Shown: positions 1 through 15,200 of the stretch, one piece after another | Layout of the letters: each line of letters starts with the position of its first letter | Position numbering within the stretch: the stretch's first letter is position 1 | Assembly (NCBI GenBank): GCA_951406725.2 | Contig: OX597817.1 | Span: forward strand, 87,812,001 to 87,936,000 | Length of the DNA stretch: 124,000 nucleotides | Reading direction: 5' to 3' | Source of the DNA: Octopus vulgaris | Lineage: Eukaryota | Position numbers and translations under genes: made by a program | Notes under the pieces: model-generated | The model's database searches: none | Told to the model about the DNA's origin: nothing | What the model saw: only the letters and a program-made list of their open reading frames with translations

Positions 1-479
1 TGCTTTTTACATACCAGCAGCACATACACACACAGGCACACACACATATGTTGATTAAAATAGAAAATGAAAAAGCAAAACACTTGACATCACTCAAAGA
101 AACATTTAATTGCAATAGAGAATATAAACATAGTGCAGAGTAGTTATGATAAAAAGAGAGAGTCTCTCACAGCTTTTTCTAGAATAGCCAAATATGTGGA
201 TTATGATATTGTGTAAGGATTCCATAAGCTAAGTATGCTGTCATCAGAGAGAGAGAGAGAGAGAGAGGTCAGAAAATATAGAAATGAATACCCCCAATCA
301 AAGATATTAGTACTTTCCAAAAATTGAAGGAAGGATTGGAATGAAAAGTATATGTGTTTGGTAGTTCTTTGATCAAATAAATAATAAAGTTATTGCTAAA
401 GACAATTAGCAGTCTCATAGGTGAAGATTCGATGATAAGCCATGGCAAAGGATAATGGAAACTACTAGTTTCATTTTTG

Positions 480-1050
480 AATGTGTGTGTGTGTGTGTGT
501 GTAAAAGAAAACCGCAATGTCATAGGAGAGAAATGTATCTGCATGGATGATGGCTCACTTGCATTTAATGAGGCTGCAAAGAAAGAGACTTGGAGATGCC
601 ACTATGAATGGTTGCTAAATGAAAACAATGAATGGGAGAAAGAGAGTTTGCCAAATGTTGACTCAACTGAAGGACCAGCTATCTGAATTGACAGTACTTT
701 GGTAGATAAAGCAATTAAGGGTATGAAGACAGGGAAAGCCCCTAGCCCATGAAAAATCACCATACAGATGCTTAAAATATCTGGCAATGTAAGTTATAGT
801 CTATAGTTAACCAGGTGATACACACAGAAGTCGTACACAAGTGTAGCCAATGCATGTGCCACCTGACTGGCACCTGTGCCAGTGACATGTAATAAGCACC
901 CACTACATTCTCAGAGTGGTTGGTGTTAGGAAAGGTGTCAAACAGTAGAAACCTTGCCAAATCAGATTTGAGCCTGGTGCAGCCTCCCGGCTTACCAGTT
1001 CTGTCAAACTGTCCAACCCATGCCAGCATGGAAAGTGGACATGAATCGAC
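480..1050 (+). mobile_element. Decayed RTE-clade LINE fragment joined to the family 3' tail
   Basis: DDGSLAFNEAAKKETWRCHYEWLLNENNEW peptide, shared with the copy at 19683-19910; ends in the recurrent ...aacccatgccagcatgga...(gat)n tail. Confidence 0.7.
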
Positions 1051-3104
1051 AATGATGATATATGTATATGAATTTTCTCAATACATCTCATTTACCAACC
1101 ATTTTGATGAGTTCTTCAGAATTGATTCTCTCTTTGAGCTCCATTTGTTTGCATGTGATCAAGGTCCCTTTTTCTTAAGACTAACAGATAATAATATAAA
1201 GACAACTCCCAATCATATTGTCATCAGCATCATGGTTTTAATTTTTTTTTAATATACAGCTCTGTATGGGTTGTTTCTACTTCAGTCACTTCTCTTCAGT
1301 TCTCCGCTGCTATAACTACTTCATACCATATTTCCCTGAACTTAAAATAGTTCTGCTATACACATTTCTTTGTCCATTCCTAAGAATCAGTATTTCTAAC
1401 CAGCTTACCTACTTAAACCATCCCTTCCTCTACCATCCCTTCCTCTACCTTGTTATTGTTGTTTAGTTCTAGCTTAGCTCTAGTTAAGTAGATGTATGAA
1501 TGAAGCCAATCCAGTCTTGGCCAGCTCTTTCAATAAGATAATAGAGTGTAATTTACGGATGGGTTTACAGTTACTTCTAGCAAGTCAAATGACTACATAG
1601 AGGTGTCATTGTTGGACCGTCTGTTAGTTTATTGTATTTATTATTTTATCAAAATACTTTAGGTAGCAAGCTGGCAGATTATTAACACTCCAGAAAAAAA
1701 TACTTAGTGGCATTTCTTCCAGGTGGGTTCTGAGTTCAAATGCACCAAGGCCAACTTTGCTTTTCATCATTTCAGAAGCAATAAAATAAATACCAGTTCA
1801 GCACTGGACTTGATAAATGGTCTTTCTTCTCTCAAAATTCACTGGCCTTAAAAGGTGGCAAGATGGCAGGATCATTAGCATGCCGGGGGAAAATGCTTAG
1901 CAGCATTTTGTCTGTCTCCACATCCTGAGTTCAACTTCTACTGATGTTGATTTGTCTTTCATCCTTTCAGGGTCGATAAAATAAGTACCATTTGAGGGTG
2001 ATGCAATCAACTAACACCCCTGTCTCTCTCAAAATTGCTGGCCTTGTGTCAAAATTTGAAAGCATTTTATTAAAATACTTTGATTTTATTCTACTCTAGT
2101 AGTAATTTAAGTAGAAGTAAAATTGGAACTGCCAACAAACTGGAGCTTTTTTATCTCAACTAAGCCTTGGACAAGATTGGTAAAAGTAGACCACTCATTA
2201 TTGCTTATTACTCTTTTACTCTTTTACTTATTTCAGTCATTTGACTGCGGCCATGCTGGAGCACTGCCTGTAGTCGAGCAAATCGACCCCAGGACGTATT
2301 CTTTGTAAGCCTAGTACTTAATCTCTCTATTACTCAGTGATAGATTGATAAATTCTTTTTGTTAACTAACCACTTATTGATTAGTGATAATTAAGATAAT
2401 TATCTAACAAGTCAAAGAGTTATTATTTAGCTCAAGTCTAATCCCATCTGGTTTGTTTCTTATGAAATTAGACCAAATTTGTGTCTGGGTGAAATTTCCA
2501 TCAGTGTAATACAAATAATGAAATTGGTAGAGCCTGGAAGTTTAAAACCTCACATTCCGTCACTTATTCATTTGATTGCTGTCATCCTTAATTTCATTTG
2601 GAAAATTGATTACATTATATAAACCAAGAAGACTCTATAAAATAGCTTTGCCCAATTTTACTGGTTTCTTAATATAAAGGAATTGCTTGATTCAATTGAA
2701 TGACTGCAACTTTTGTCAGGGATTGAAACAGTCTTTGATAATCACAAAATTGCTTTTTCCTTTCTTTTAATCTGCTTCAGATAGGGGATTATTATTTTTT
2801 TTTTGTGGATGCATGTGTTTGCTTGTTTGTTTTTGGTTTTCTTTCTTTCCTCGTTCCATACATTATGGCAGGAAATAAATCTAATTACTGATTTGGTGTG
2901 TTTTGTGTGGAATTTAATGTTTTACATTGTATTTAATAGTTAAAGGAAAATAGAATATGTTGAGGCCAACAATACATTTTCAGATACCAATTCTCCTGGA
3001 GATTACACATTTAAATATATCATACCATTTGTAATTGGAAGTAACTACCTTCAGCAGTCCAGATAAATTTTATATATTAAGATTACTTGCACCTGTATTC
3101 TATA

Positions 3105-3143
<39 letters not shown>

Positions 3144-5609
3144 TTAGGGCATGTCTTTTTGACTTCTCTCATAGTGCTGTATGAACATTTAATGTGGTTT
3201 TAGAGTCAAGTTTTGGCTGCTATTTCCAGCATGGTGATATCTCTTACATACCCTAAATTATAATTTTAATAATAATTATTACCTTTGAAGGTTTTTATTC
3301 CCATGCTGGCCATTTGATAAGATTGATATTTAAATAACGATCTTATCCTTATTTATATAAATTTATATATTTATTTCATCATTATATTCACTGCAGTGAT
3401 ATTTTTTACCATATCGCATGAGGAGTTTTAGGTGGGCAATTTAAACTGGCCATGTGCATACGTGTATATATATGTATGTATACGTTTGTATATGTAAGTA
3501 TTTGTATGTTATATATATATATTTGTATTTATGTGCTATCTGTGTATATTCCACTGATGAGGCAAAGCATTTTTTATGCAGAGCCAGAAATTTGGGATCT
3601 GGAATTATCCAGTAATTTTTTTGCTAGTTTGAATATACTACCTTGAATATATCAAATCTTCACATGTTTGTTCCTCGATGTTGCTGTTGTTTTTTTTTGT
3701 TTTTTTGTACTGATTACACCATCCAATTATTATTCTTATGTGAAACTATTTCATTTCCTCTGTTTGAGAAAGATGAAAGAATCATAACTTCTCACTTTAT
3801 CTTCTAAAACTCTCAAGCCTCTCTTTTATTTATTTATGTTTTCCTTGAATAATTATTATTTCTCTCATTCATATAACTCCTAATCAAAATATCGACAGAC
3901 TTAAGCCACTATATCCAGCCTAGAAGATATCCTCTCCTACTTCTGCATGTCCTATTTATGAGAAGGATCTACTCTGAGAAATTGATAGTCATATGCAAAC
4001 TCTTTAATTTGATATCTTGAACATTCGTTAATACTGCATTAAGAAAAAAAAATTATATCTGTTCTTCAAAGATGAAAAACACTTCAGTAAATCTGTTGAG
4101 ATCAGCAGTCATATATGTAAGAGAGGAAACTGAAGTACAGTTTTTTATTTATTTATTTTTTTAGTTTACTTAAGAAACTAGATTGTTCGAACTAGCAGGA
4201 CATTTTCGTCCAAATCTCTATTTGGAAACATGTATTAGTTGTATACAGTACTTCAGAGTTTTGAAAACTCTCCAAGAGAACTGTAATGAAAGAAACAGAT
4301 CATTTAGAAAATCAAGAAATAGAATATACTGGGGAAAGATGATGATACTTTAAGATCAATATAAAAAAATAAAAAGCTGGTAAATACAGTGTTGCTTCTT
4401 AACTGTGTTTTCTGTTGGTTTTTATTTAATTTTTTTTGTCTAGATTTTTCAGCTATTGGTTTCTGCTACTATAACTGCCATTATCCATGTATTTTGTTGA
4501 TTATATTTACAAACTTTCAAGTTACAGTCAGTCTTTTATTAATGTCATGTTTTTTTGGGGTTTTTTGGTTTAAAAATAATATAAGAATTTATTCTTCTAA
4601 AGTAAAGAATTGGTTGAATAAGGTTGTGGAATTTCAGGAAAACTTGAATGAAGTATTGCTAACTAAGAAAAACATTTGCTAATTCTACAGTGTTACCGAG
4701 TGCCAACACAGTGAGGCATCCACCTGACTACTTCTGTTATTTAATTCATTCTTTTATGCTCCGATCGTCAAATTCCACCAAGATTGACTCTGTATCTTCT
4801 GCCTCTGGGGTTTGCCAAATATACTTTTTTTTATAATAATATATAGAATATGTATTTATCCTCTGCTCTAATGTGTTAAATAATCACTGATTTGAAATTC
4901 TTTCATCAGAATTATCTTGACTTTCTTTATATCAGATAAACAAGAAGCACTGAAACAGGTGTCAAGTAACCATTTAGTTTCTTAGGAATTATTAAAGAAA
5001 GGTAAAGGAAAAGATACTGTGAAGAGACACTGCCTTAAAAATTATAAAATGGTCAACAAAAGATTTAAAATACATAAGATTATATCTTATTAGAGAGGAG
5101 GCATTGTTGCATTCATGCTTTCCCTAAGTACAGAGTGAATAAGGAAGCTACCTCTGCGATGTATTCAGGGTTGCAAATTTAGTTTATTGTTATCTTAGAA
5201 CTTACTTTCTTGTGTGCACTATAAAGCCCATCTGATCTTGCTCTCTCCCTCTCTCTTCAGTATAAATATATATATCATCAAAAATACATATTAATATATA
5301 ACTCAGCAAAGATATCATCATCATCATCATCATCATCATCATATATATATATATGTTAATCTATTAAAATATATTTATATATAATATATGTATGCATTTT
5401 AATAAATTAATAAAGATATATATATATATATATATATTAATATAAATATTTTTGTATAAATTTCATCAAAGCTATTAATAGATTAAAATCTATAAATATT
5501 TATCACACCAAAGATATGTATCAGTAAATTAATGTATTTTGCATCAAAGACATAGATATAGATTAAAACATATATATACATAATGTAAATAGATAGATAG
5601 ATATAGATT

Positions 5610-5654
<45 letters not shown>

Positions 5655-5664
5655 CTCATGCAAG

Positions 5665-5704
<40 letters not shown>

Positions 5705-6613
5705 TATCTACTTCATTTTCAATGTCATACCATACCACCTTTTTCTCCAATTCTGACCTCCCCTTTCCCATCTGTACATCTCATTTTGCCAACAGCTTCC
5801 CCCTTCCTGACTCACACTTATCTTGTCAGCCTCTCCTCCAGCTGATACTTATGAACAACCACACCTCTACTACATCCATCATTCACTATATTTCCCTTAT
5901 CTCCATCCCTATCCACCTGCCACACTCCTTCACAGTCCCATGAACTCACTCACCCATACCACTTCTTTTATATTCACCTTCTTGTAAGTTGAGCATGTGC
6001 TTTGTCACTTCTTGACCACCATCTTCTTTCTTTTTCAATTGAGGTTACCATATATCTCCCTACTAACCTCTTATCACCTGGCATAAAGCCTCCTCTTTCA
6101 ATACTACTCTCCCTCAGCTGAAGAGTAGGGGCCTTGTGAGTTCATTGGTGTCCTCACTAGTGGTCAGTGCCATATGGAAAGCATTCAGTACACTCTGTAT
6201 AATATGTGGCATTAGGAAATGGCATCTAGGTGTGAAAACTATGCCAAGGCAGATGTTGTAGTTTGGTGCAGTCCTTTAGTTTACAATCCAACCCATGCCA
6301 GCATGGAAAGCAGATGCCAAATAATAATAGTGATGGGGATGTATTCACACACACAGACACACACACACACACAAGTGAGGCCAAGTGAGACTCTAATTGT
6401 GACTGATGCCAGTGTCAGGTCATTGGCACTCATGCTGGTGGCACGTAAAAATCACCCACTACGCTCTCGGAGTGGTTGGCATTAGGAAGGGCATCCAGCC
6501 ATAGAAACCTTGCCAAATTCAGATCAGAACCTGGTGCAACCCCCATCAGCTTACCAGTTTCCAGTCAAACCGTCCAACCCATGCCAGATATTAAATGATG
6601 ATGATGATGATGA

Positions 6614-6651
<38 letters not shown>

Positions 6652-8109
6652 ATATATATCTCATCAAGGATATATACCAATTAGTATGTAAATTGATATA
6701 TATCTGATCTAAGATATATTGATAGATTAAAATAAATTAATATATGTCTCATGAAGGACATATTTGGATATATTAATATATATTATCAAAGAGTAGTACT
6801 TAGCATACCCATTTATATATAGGCTGAAAGAGCTAATAATAGTTGTCTTGACCATAGATACAACATATAGTCATCATTCATCCTTCTTATAAAAGATGTT
6901 TCCCTCTGTAACTATAACCAGACTAGAAGGGGCTGCACTATATATCTGTGTGTAATTACATCCAATGTGTAAAGACTGCACCTTGTATCAACATCATTTA
7001 ACATCTGTCTTCCATGCTGATATGAGCTCCACTTTCTGCTTTGGCATAGTTTCAATGACTGGATACCTTTCCTAACACCAACCACTTTCCAGAGTATATC
7101 AGGTGCTTTTTTTTGTGTGTCACCAGCATTAATAAGGTCACCAGGTAACTCACAAGACCAAATACCTTGACTGTGTGGAAGTGAAGTATTGAAGGAGGTG
7201 GCTTTATGTCAAGTGTTGAGAGGCAAGAGTATGATAAAAGGATAGGAACAGATGTCTTGCTGTAGAGGACATATATGGCTGACCCAGCTGGAAAGAGGAA
7301 AAAAAACTAGATGACGGTGACGAGGTGCCAGGACATACCTTCAAAATACAGAAGGTGAATAAGAGGAAGACAGGGACAGAAGAACAGGAGTGGCAGGTGG
7401 CTAAGTTTGTGAGAGTGTAAGGTGAGGATATAGGTGAATGCAATGAATGGTAAACAGGAGAAGAGACTTAATTAGTGGTAAACATCAGTTTGGTGAGTAG
7501 GATGAAGAAAATAGGAGTGGTTCTTGGAGGAGGGGGAGGTGGTCAGAGGCTATTCAAAAAATACATCCAATTTGTAAGAGATTTTGCATCAATTCTAGTT
7601 CACATTATTTCAAATAGAACTAAGGTGGTGAACTGGTCAGATTGTTAGTACATTGGGCAAAATACATTTTGTCTGTCTTTATGTTCTGAGTTCAAATTCC
7701 ACTGAGGTTGACTTTGCCTTTCATCCTTTTGGGGTCCATAAAATAAGTGCCGGTTGAGCACTGGGGTTGATATAATCAACTTACTCTCTTCCCTGAACTT
7801 GGTCTTGTTCCAAAATTTGAAACCATTATTCAAGTATAACTGAAGGGACAGCATAGCGCAATTTATAGAGTGCTAGACAAAGTACTTTGATCATGAGGGT
7901 CCCAATAATATACTGTGGCAAGTTTAATCTATTTTGGATCCTCAAGAGTTGTTGGTCTTTTGCCAAAATTAAAAGTCTTTATTCAACTGAAATCTTTACT
8001 TTTCAGAAGCCTAAAGGTAGTTTGTCAAAGAGTTCTTAATATCAATAATTTTGCCAACTTACATATTCCATGCCAGTTCCTAATCATTTTCTTTCTTTCT
8101 CTTTCCTAG

Positions 8110-8185
8110 GCTCTCAGCTTAAAGTTCATTTCACATGCTTTCAACAATATGAACCCTCACACTAAAGAAATTTACAACTTACTTG
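8110..8185 (+). CDS. TBC1D32: TBC1D32 exon (ALSLKFISHAFNNMNPHTKEIYNLL), phase 0 to 1
   Basis: tttcctag acceptor, gtaaat donor; resembles human [26 protein letters not shown]. Confidence 0.9.
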
Positions 8186-10202
8186 GTAAATAAGACATTT
8201 TTTATGCACTTCATACTAATGTGGTTTTGTATTTGTGTTTATTATTGTTGTTGTTGTTATTTCTAGTTTGAACTGTGGAACCGCAAAGCTGGTTGCTTAA
8301 CAAACAAAATACCCAGTCACAATTTTTTTTTCATCTTTTCTCAATATCATTCCCAAAATTAAGAGTCAATTTATCTCTCAACTTTCGACTACCAATACAA
8401 TACCAGTAAAATATTGGGGGGTTGATTTCAATGACTGCTCCTTTGTTTTGTGTCTGCCTTTGAAACAAATGTTGTTTTGGCTGTTGATATTGTTTTCTCA
8501 TTAATGCTTTTGTAATGTCATTATCGTTGTCTTTGTGATGATGATGATGGCAGTGGTTATTTTTGTTGTTATTTCCCCCCAAACTGAAACAGGCTCTGAT
8601 CAAGAATACCTACATCTACAGTGACATTACTCAATGTGCCGTTCTATTTTTAAAACAGTAGGGTGTAACGTTGAACGAAATCTGGCTGTTCTTTTTAGCA
8701 GGTCAAACGGGCACATTGCTGCTGCTGTGAAATCTCCTCTACCCACAGTTACAAGTTTTGTTGCTGTAGTAGTAATGGTAGTGGTGGTGGTGGTAACAGC
8801 AGCAGCAGCAGTTGTGGTAGTTAATTATACCATTGTCTTTTGCTTCTTAAAACTTCTCCACTAATGAGGATTGTTATGTGTGTTGTTTGTGTTATTATTG
8901 TTCTTGTGGTTGTTGCTGTTTGTGCTATTGGTGTGGCAGTATGCACACAATTGCACTATTGGTGTTGTTGCTTTTATGCATGTCTCATTCTTCTTGCTGT
9001 TAATGTCGTTGTTGTCTATGTAATTTCTGTTCTTAAATGTTATTTGTGTATGTTTTTTTTTTTTGCTGTGTTTGTTGTCTTCATTTAAATTTTGTTATTT
9101 ACTGTTAATGAAAATTTTCACTTTCAATTAATTTAAATGAAATTCAATTTTGTTTTGGTTAATTCCATATGTCAAGGATTTCTTCCGCATCTAGTGATTA
9201 GGTGCCATGCTGACATCATCATTTGGAAGGGGACATGCACAACACACACATACTTGCACACTACACACATATAAACACATACTTGTACACTACACACATA
9301 CACACCTACAAGCTCACACACAAAAGACAGACACAATGCAAATACACACACACAATCACACACAATCACTCACAGATACACACACATACAATACAAATAC
9401 ATACACTCACACACACATGCACGCACACACTTATGCATGCACATACACATATGTACACACATTTCACACACAACACACATACACACACACACTCACATGC
9501 ACATACACACAATGCACACATACAATACACATACACATGCAGATACACACATGCACATACACATGCACACACACATTCCCTTCTTTAGAGTTCTTTTCCT
9601 ATTGCTTACTTTCTTTTTCTTTATTTGGTCTTCTCTCCATCCCCTCCATCTCCCCACCACCACCACCATACTCAACCACTTTCCTCTCTTTCGCTTTGTA
9701 TACATACAGATAGAATTAACCTGGCTTTCCTTTTTTTTTCTTCTTCTTATTTATTATCAACATCATCATTATCATTATTACTTTTATTATCATTATTATT
9801 ATTTACTTTTCTCTCCCCTTACTTTTGTCATCCCCTCCCCCAACTCCAACCCCAACCCCCACCGGTCCATTATTTACTCCTGTTCTTTGGTAATCAAGAT
9901 TTTAAGATTTGAGTTTATGTTTTATCATTGATTAATGGTTCCACTTCAAAAGATACTGATGTTCTGCTAGAAAACTCAATAGAATATCTGCTGGAATTTT
10001 AATGTAGAACTATGTAAACTTCCACTAACAACATTTATCTTTGGGTTTTTCTTGTGTTTTCTTTTTTTTTCTTTTTTCTGCTGAATCAATAATGTGATTC
10101 ATTCCTCCTCCACCTCTTTCTTCCTCCACTTTATATGTATATATTCTGTGCAAAGAATAGCAATGAATATGTATGTATAATATATATATAGATATTGTGA
10201 GA

Positions 10203-10245
<43 letters not shown>

Positions 10246-12262
10246 CACATACATACAGTAAGTTTAGTCTTTTTGGCTATGAAGTGTATATATACACACA
10301 CACACCCATACACACTCTCTCACATGCATACACGCAGTAAGTTTAGAATTGTATTATATATATATATGTGTATATATATATATATAGTCAGTTTAGAAAT
10401 TATATACACACACACTCACGCACACACACTGAGTAACTTTATTGTATTTTATGTATGTATGTATGTATGTATGTATTGTGAGTATAGAACAACGTATAGG
10501 AAATTATATGATGAGAATGTTTCTCGTACATATTTATATGAAGTCAGAAGCTGCTTAGATTTGTTGTTCCAGTCATTATTTTGCTTAATTCACAACTGTT
10601 TTATTATTGTAAACAGAAAACAGCCTAATATTGGAGCCATTCCCACATGTGCTCAACATATCATTTCTAGAATCTATTGGTTATTCATTCAACAAATGTG
10701 ATAATTCTTCAGAGAGATTTTAGATTTTGTCTTGCAAAATATCTATATTACTTTTCAGACACAATATGATAAGTTAGCACATTCCTCATTTAGTATAAGA
10801 GCCAAAATTTTCTTAATCTTAGTATTTTCTTAATTTCTTAGTGTCTTAGAGAATTTGTATATATGGCTTCATCTAAATTAGTTAGAAGTTGTTCCTTTCT
10901 GAACATTCATTTTGATTAATCTTTTAGCAATTAAACCGGCCATATCCAGCCAAAATTTTCAACTTTGTTGTATCTTCAAAGTGGCCAGATCCAGCCTCTC
11001 GCACTTCCCCTACAATGCTATTCTGAAAATAAACAATAATGTCATTGAAATCTCAAAGTTACAAAGTAATGTATGACTAATTCATATCAATGTAAATAAA
11101 TAAGCATTACATTATGTACCTCACATAAAGTAGCCTCTCGCGGATGCAGCTTCTACACATATAAACAGGTGTGGCTGTATGGTAAGAAGCTTGCATCCCA
11201 ATCGCATTGTACTGGACCTAGTCCCACTGTATAGCCCCTTGGGCAAGTGTCTTCTACTATTGCTTCAGGTCTATTGCTTCCCTTTCCCTACACCATGAGA
11301 ACTTCTTGACAAAATTGTTTGACAGAGATTTTCTATCATCTCTCAACTCTTAAATGAGAAGCTTTCTGCTCAATCACATTTTTATGGGGCTCTGCTTAAC
11401 CCACAGCTCCATAGCATTCAAATCATTTTGTCAAATATGTTTATTTATGCATTATGCTGTAGCTTTGAAATTTCAATGATGTGATTGTTTATTTTTAGAA
11501 TGAAATTGTAGGGTCAGTGTGAGAGGCCAGATCTGGCCAATTTGAACATAAAACAGGTAGAATATTTGGACTAAATATAGCCTTGGTAAATGCTAAATGT
11601 TTAAATCTCGTATGCTTCTTCTCTACATCTACAAACTGCTTTAAGTGAATATATGTGCACCTAGGCAGATGGTACCAACTTTGAATCTTTCATACACCCA
11701 TGTCATCTTCATGCATCTTAGTCATCCCATCACAGTATTTCTGTTAATAGAAACCTCAGTAACATCCTTGAATAAGGTTGTGACAATTTCATTCAAGAGC
11801 ACCAGGACGCATTCATTACATCAATGCACTGTCCTACATTCCTCTTAGTCAAGAATAATATCCTGTTCTACATGCTTCTTGGTCAGGAACAGCACACTGG
11901 ACTACATTAGTCAACAATAACATGGTATACTAAATCCTGGAATCATTACAAATACCAAACCATCCAACATTTAATTGCAACTACAGATTTATAGCCAAAA
12001 CTGCAATTCTGAATTAGACTTCACCTCCTTCAACCAAAATGTACTTCAGCTTCCAACATTCTACAAGACCTAAATGTACCTCACATAAAGTAGCCTCTCA
12101 CGGATGCAGCTTCTACACATATAAACAGGTGTGGCTGTATGGTAAGAAGCTTGCATCCCAATCGCATTGTACTGGACTTAGTCCCACTGTATGGCCCCTT
12201 GGGCAAGTGTCTTCTACTATTGCTTCAGGTCAACCAAAATAGCCTCAAGCTGACCTAAACCC

Positions 12263-12332
<70 letters not shown>

Positions 12333-13119
12333 TGTACAGTCAAAGCTAAAAGTTTGGAACAGTTTCTTAAAAATTAAAATTGTTATACCCCAATAAAATT
12401 CGGTTCAAATATATACAATCTATATATTTCGGGGTATTTAATATAAAAATTCTAATTTTCAGGCCTATGTTCCAAACTTTTGACCATGCCAGTATGTGTC
12501 TGTGTGTCAGTGTTTCTTCCCCACCACTCCTTGACAACCAGTGTTGGTGTGTTTACTTCCTGTTAACTTAGCAGTTTGGCATAAGAGACTAATAGAATAA
12601 GTACTGGGCTTAGAAAAATCATTCCTGGTGTCGATTTGTTTGCCTAAAACCCTTCAAGGTGGTGCTCCAGCATGGCTACCATCAAATGACTGAAACAAGT
12701 AAAAGATAGAAGATAAAGATAAAGAAAACCATTCTACATTGCATCTAAATAAAAGCCATCCAACTGCTAGGCAGACCATCTCTCACTAACACACTATGAC
12801 TACTAATTTACCAATCAATGCATTCTATCCTGCTGTAGATGATCAAATAAAAGGTGGCTGGTTCACTTCTGAAAAATGCGAAAAAGTTTTTTTTTTATTT
12901 TTATTATTCTCATGAACACTAAATCTTCCAATAATAATGTATTCCTCAATAAAATTGGCTAAATTTTGCCTTCAGGGAAAAAAGTATTGGATTTTATAGT
13001 CAATAAATTTCTAATTTATGGAAATGTCTTTTACCTATTTATGTCAGATTTTGCTCCAAGTATTAAAATTAAGAGCATGTTACCTAAAAATATGTTAATG
13101 TTGTGCTGTATTTTCACAG

Positions 13120-13226
13120 TGGAGTCTTTGATATTCCAAATTCTATCACATGAGGATCATCCATCGATATCACTACAAAATGGTTTAAATGTCATGGCAC
13201 CAGAAATGGTAAAAATTTTTAAAATG
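13120..13226 (+). CDS. TBC1D32: TBC1D32 exon (VESLIFQILSHEDHPSISLQNGLNVMAPEMVKIFKM), phase 1 to 0
   Basis: ttttcacag acceptor, gttagt donor; resembles [35 protein letters not shown]. Confidence 0.85.
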
Positions 13227-13579
13227 GTTAGTTTCTTTTATATCAACTGTGTTGTCATTCAGAATAAATCTCCATTAATCCTTTGATTTAATTTTTAGAA
13301 TATTGATTTTGTTGTTTTTTGATTTGTGTAGACGTATATTGGTTGGGCAGTGAACAAGGATTACTATATCCTAATTAATTGTTTTCTGATTATCCGAGAT
13401 GACATAGTTCAATGGATAGAATGTTGATCTACAAACCTAATAAATAGCATTTCAGATCACATCTCCAGCACTCTGTTATGTCAAGGATCAACTCTTTAAC
13501 TTTCAGTGACTCAGTCTACTTACTTCATGTCAATAGGTATCATGACTACATACAACTAATTGCTGTAATGAACAGGTTA

Positions 13580-15200
13580 CTTATCATCATCATCATCATC
13601 ATTTGATGTCCATTGTCCATGCTGGCATGGGTTGGACTGTTTGGCCAGAGCTGGCAACTTGGGGACCTGCACCAGACTCCAGTCTGATTTGGCAAGGTTT
13701 CTACAGCTAGATACCTTTCCAAACACCAACCAACCAACTATTTTACAGAGTGTACTGGGTGCTTTTACATGGTACTGCATGGGTGCTCTTATGTGGGGCT
13801 GCACAGGCACTTTTACATGGCATTGGCACGGTTTTACACCACTACAGGGATTGGTCTTAACACTCCTGCTGTGGAGTATGGGTCTTCTTGAATACAGCAA
13901 GTTGTCAGGTATCTCGGTTCTTTGTTGCCTGCAAAGTTCAATATCCTGAAGTTATTCTTCACTAATTCATCCCATGTCTTCCTGGGTCTCCCACTTCCAC
14001 GTGTTTCATCCACTTTGAGAGATCAGTACTAATTAATGGAGCTGTTGTCATCCATCTGCATCACATGACCAAACCAGTGCAGTCTTCTCTCTTGCACTCA
14101 GCAACCAGTTCCTTTTATGCTTAACTTCTCTCTCAAAGCACTAGCACTCTGTCGAATGTGTACACTTACATTACACATCCAATGGAACATATTAACCTCG
14201 TTCCTTTCTAACCTTTGCATGTCTTCTGCATTCAGGGCCCATGTCTCACTACCATATAAAATTCCTGTCACACAACCTTTCTTTCATTCAAAGAGAGAAA
14301 CCTTTCATGGCCAACAAAGGTAACAGCGCACTGAATTTCCTCCATCCTATTCTTGTTCTAGCTGTCACATTCTCTGTGCATCCTCCTCCACTACTAATTT
14401 GGTCCCCTAAATTGCAGAAATTATTTACTACCTCTAATAAGCCACCAGAGCAATTGAGTCTCTTAAATTTTTTATGGATCCTGTGCGTCTTTCACATATG
14501 AAAACTATTTTCATTGATAACCTTCATATTAATCCACCTCACTTCTTATGTGTCCATAGCTTACACTGGGTACACCATATGGAGTTCCTGCCTACACCTT
14601 TCCTAGAAATCGAACAGGGCCACCTACTTGAGTGGGGGAGTGTTCTGTTAGTTTTCTTGCTTACTAGGACCTTAGTCTTTGCTAAGCTAACCTTAAGGGC
14701 CTTAGATTCCAGGTTTTTCTTCCACACCTAGAATTTCTCGTCTAGCTCTGATATGGAATCTGCTATGAGGGCAAGATCATCAGTATATAGTAGTTCTCAG
14801 GGGCTGCCGGTCTTGATTTTCTGTTATGGCCTGAAGGACAATAATAAAAAAAGTGGACTATGGACTGAACTTTGATGAACCCCTACATGTACATCAAATT
14901 CTTCACTGTACTCATGGTTAACTTTCCCCCTACTGACAGCGTCTTTGTGCATGGCCAGTACAGCTTTCACTAGTCACTTGTCTATCCCTAGCCTCCGTAG
15001 AACTCACCATATCACACAGTGGGGCACCCTATCAATGGCTTTCTTTAGATTATCAAATACCAGGTATAATAGTTTATTCTTAACTAAGTTATTCTATGTG
15101 GAAATTCTGCTGTGGACCAACTCAAGTTAATTGGAACTGACTCCCAGGAAATCCATTTGATGGATTTATCTTCCAGAGGAATCAAGAATTGTATTCAACT
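13580..15200 (-). mobile_element. Decayed RTE-clade LINE (RT C-terminus and 3' tail)
   Basis: LKVSLAKTKVLV peptide, degenerate LYxDDL RT motif near 14770-14800, (cat)n tail at 13585. Confidence 0.8.

Noticed and set aside
9172-10701. Long His/Thr-, Cys/Val- and Tyr/Ile-rich ORFs (also near 17500, 28680, 51609, 71084, 104906, 117142, 123042)
   Set aside because: Translations of (CA)n, (TA)n and (TATG)n microsatellites; no splice or homology support.
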